A stretch of DNA of 11,011 bases from Candidatus Krumholzibacteriota bacterium. Lineage in GTDB: Bacteria > Krumholzibacteriota > Krumholzibacteriia > LZORAL124-64-63. The stretch is from NCBI GenBank assembly GCA_039714075.1, contig JBDLKA010000114.1, positions 1-11,011 of the forward strand, written 5' to 3'. A model generated the notes under the pieces. The model searched no databases, was not told where the DNA came from, and saw nothing but the letters and a program-made list of their open reading frames with translations. Of this stretch, positions 10,721 through 11,011 are shown piece by piece. Position numbers and translations under genes: made by a program. Each line of letters opens with the position of its first letter. Position 1 is the stretch's first letter.

Positions 10721-11011
<291 letters not shown>

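Overview
High-GC bacterial window in which every credible gene lies on the minus strand. In transcription order (right to left): the 3' end of rpoB, a complete rpoC, a 138-bp near-perfect hairpin element whose outer arm contains the rpoC stop codon, and two tightly linked GT-C-type membrane glycosyltransferases (an ArnT/PMT-like protein with C-terminal TPRs, then an AftB-like protein). Next comes a ~370-bp intergenic region rich in palindromes, then a secreted LVIVD-repeat protein with a FlgD-Ig/T9SS-type-A-like C-terminal domain. At the left edge is the 5' end of a tandem paralogue of that protein, missed by the ORF track, with a conserved copy of the same promoter/RBS region. The PNPFNP-type C-terminal domain plus high GC suggests an FCB-associated candidate lineage such as Krumholzibacteriota, Eisenbacteria or Latescibacterota (inference, not verified). 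No CRISPR array, RNA gene, transposase or integrase was seen. The best leads are the strand-asymmetric hairpin fused to the rpoC end, the duplicated surface-protein cassette, and a degenerate inverted motif bracketing the glycosyltransferase pair. No new system can be established from this window alone.
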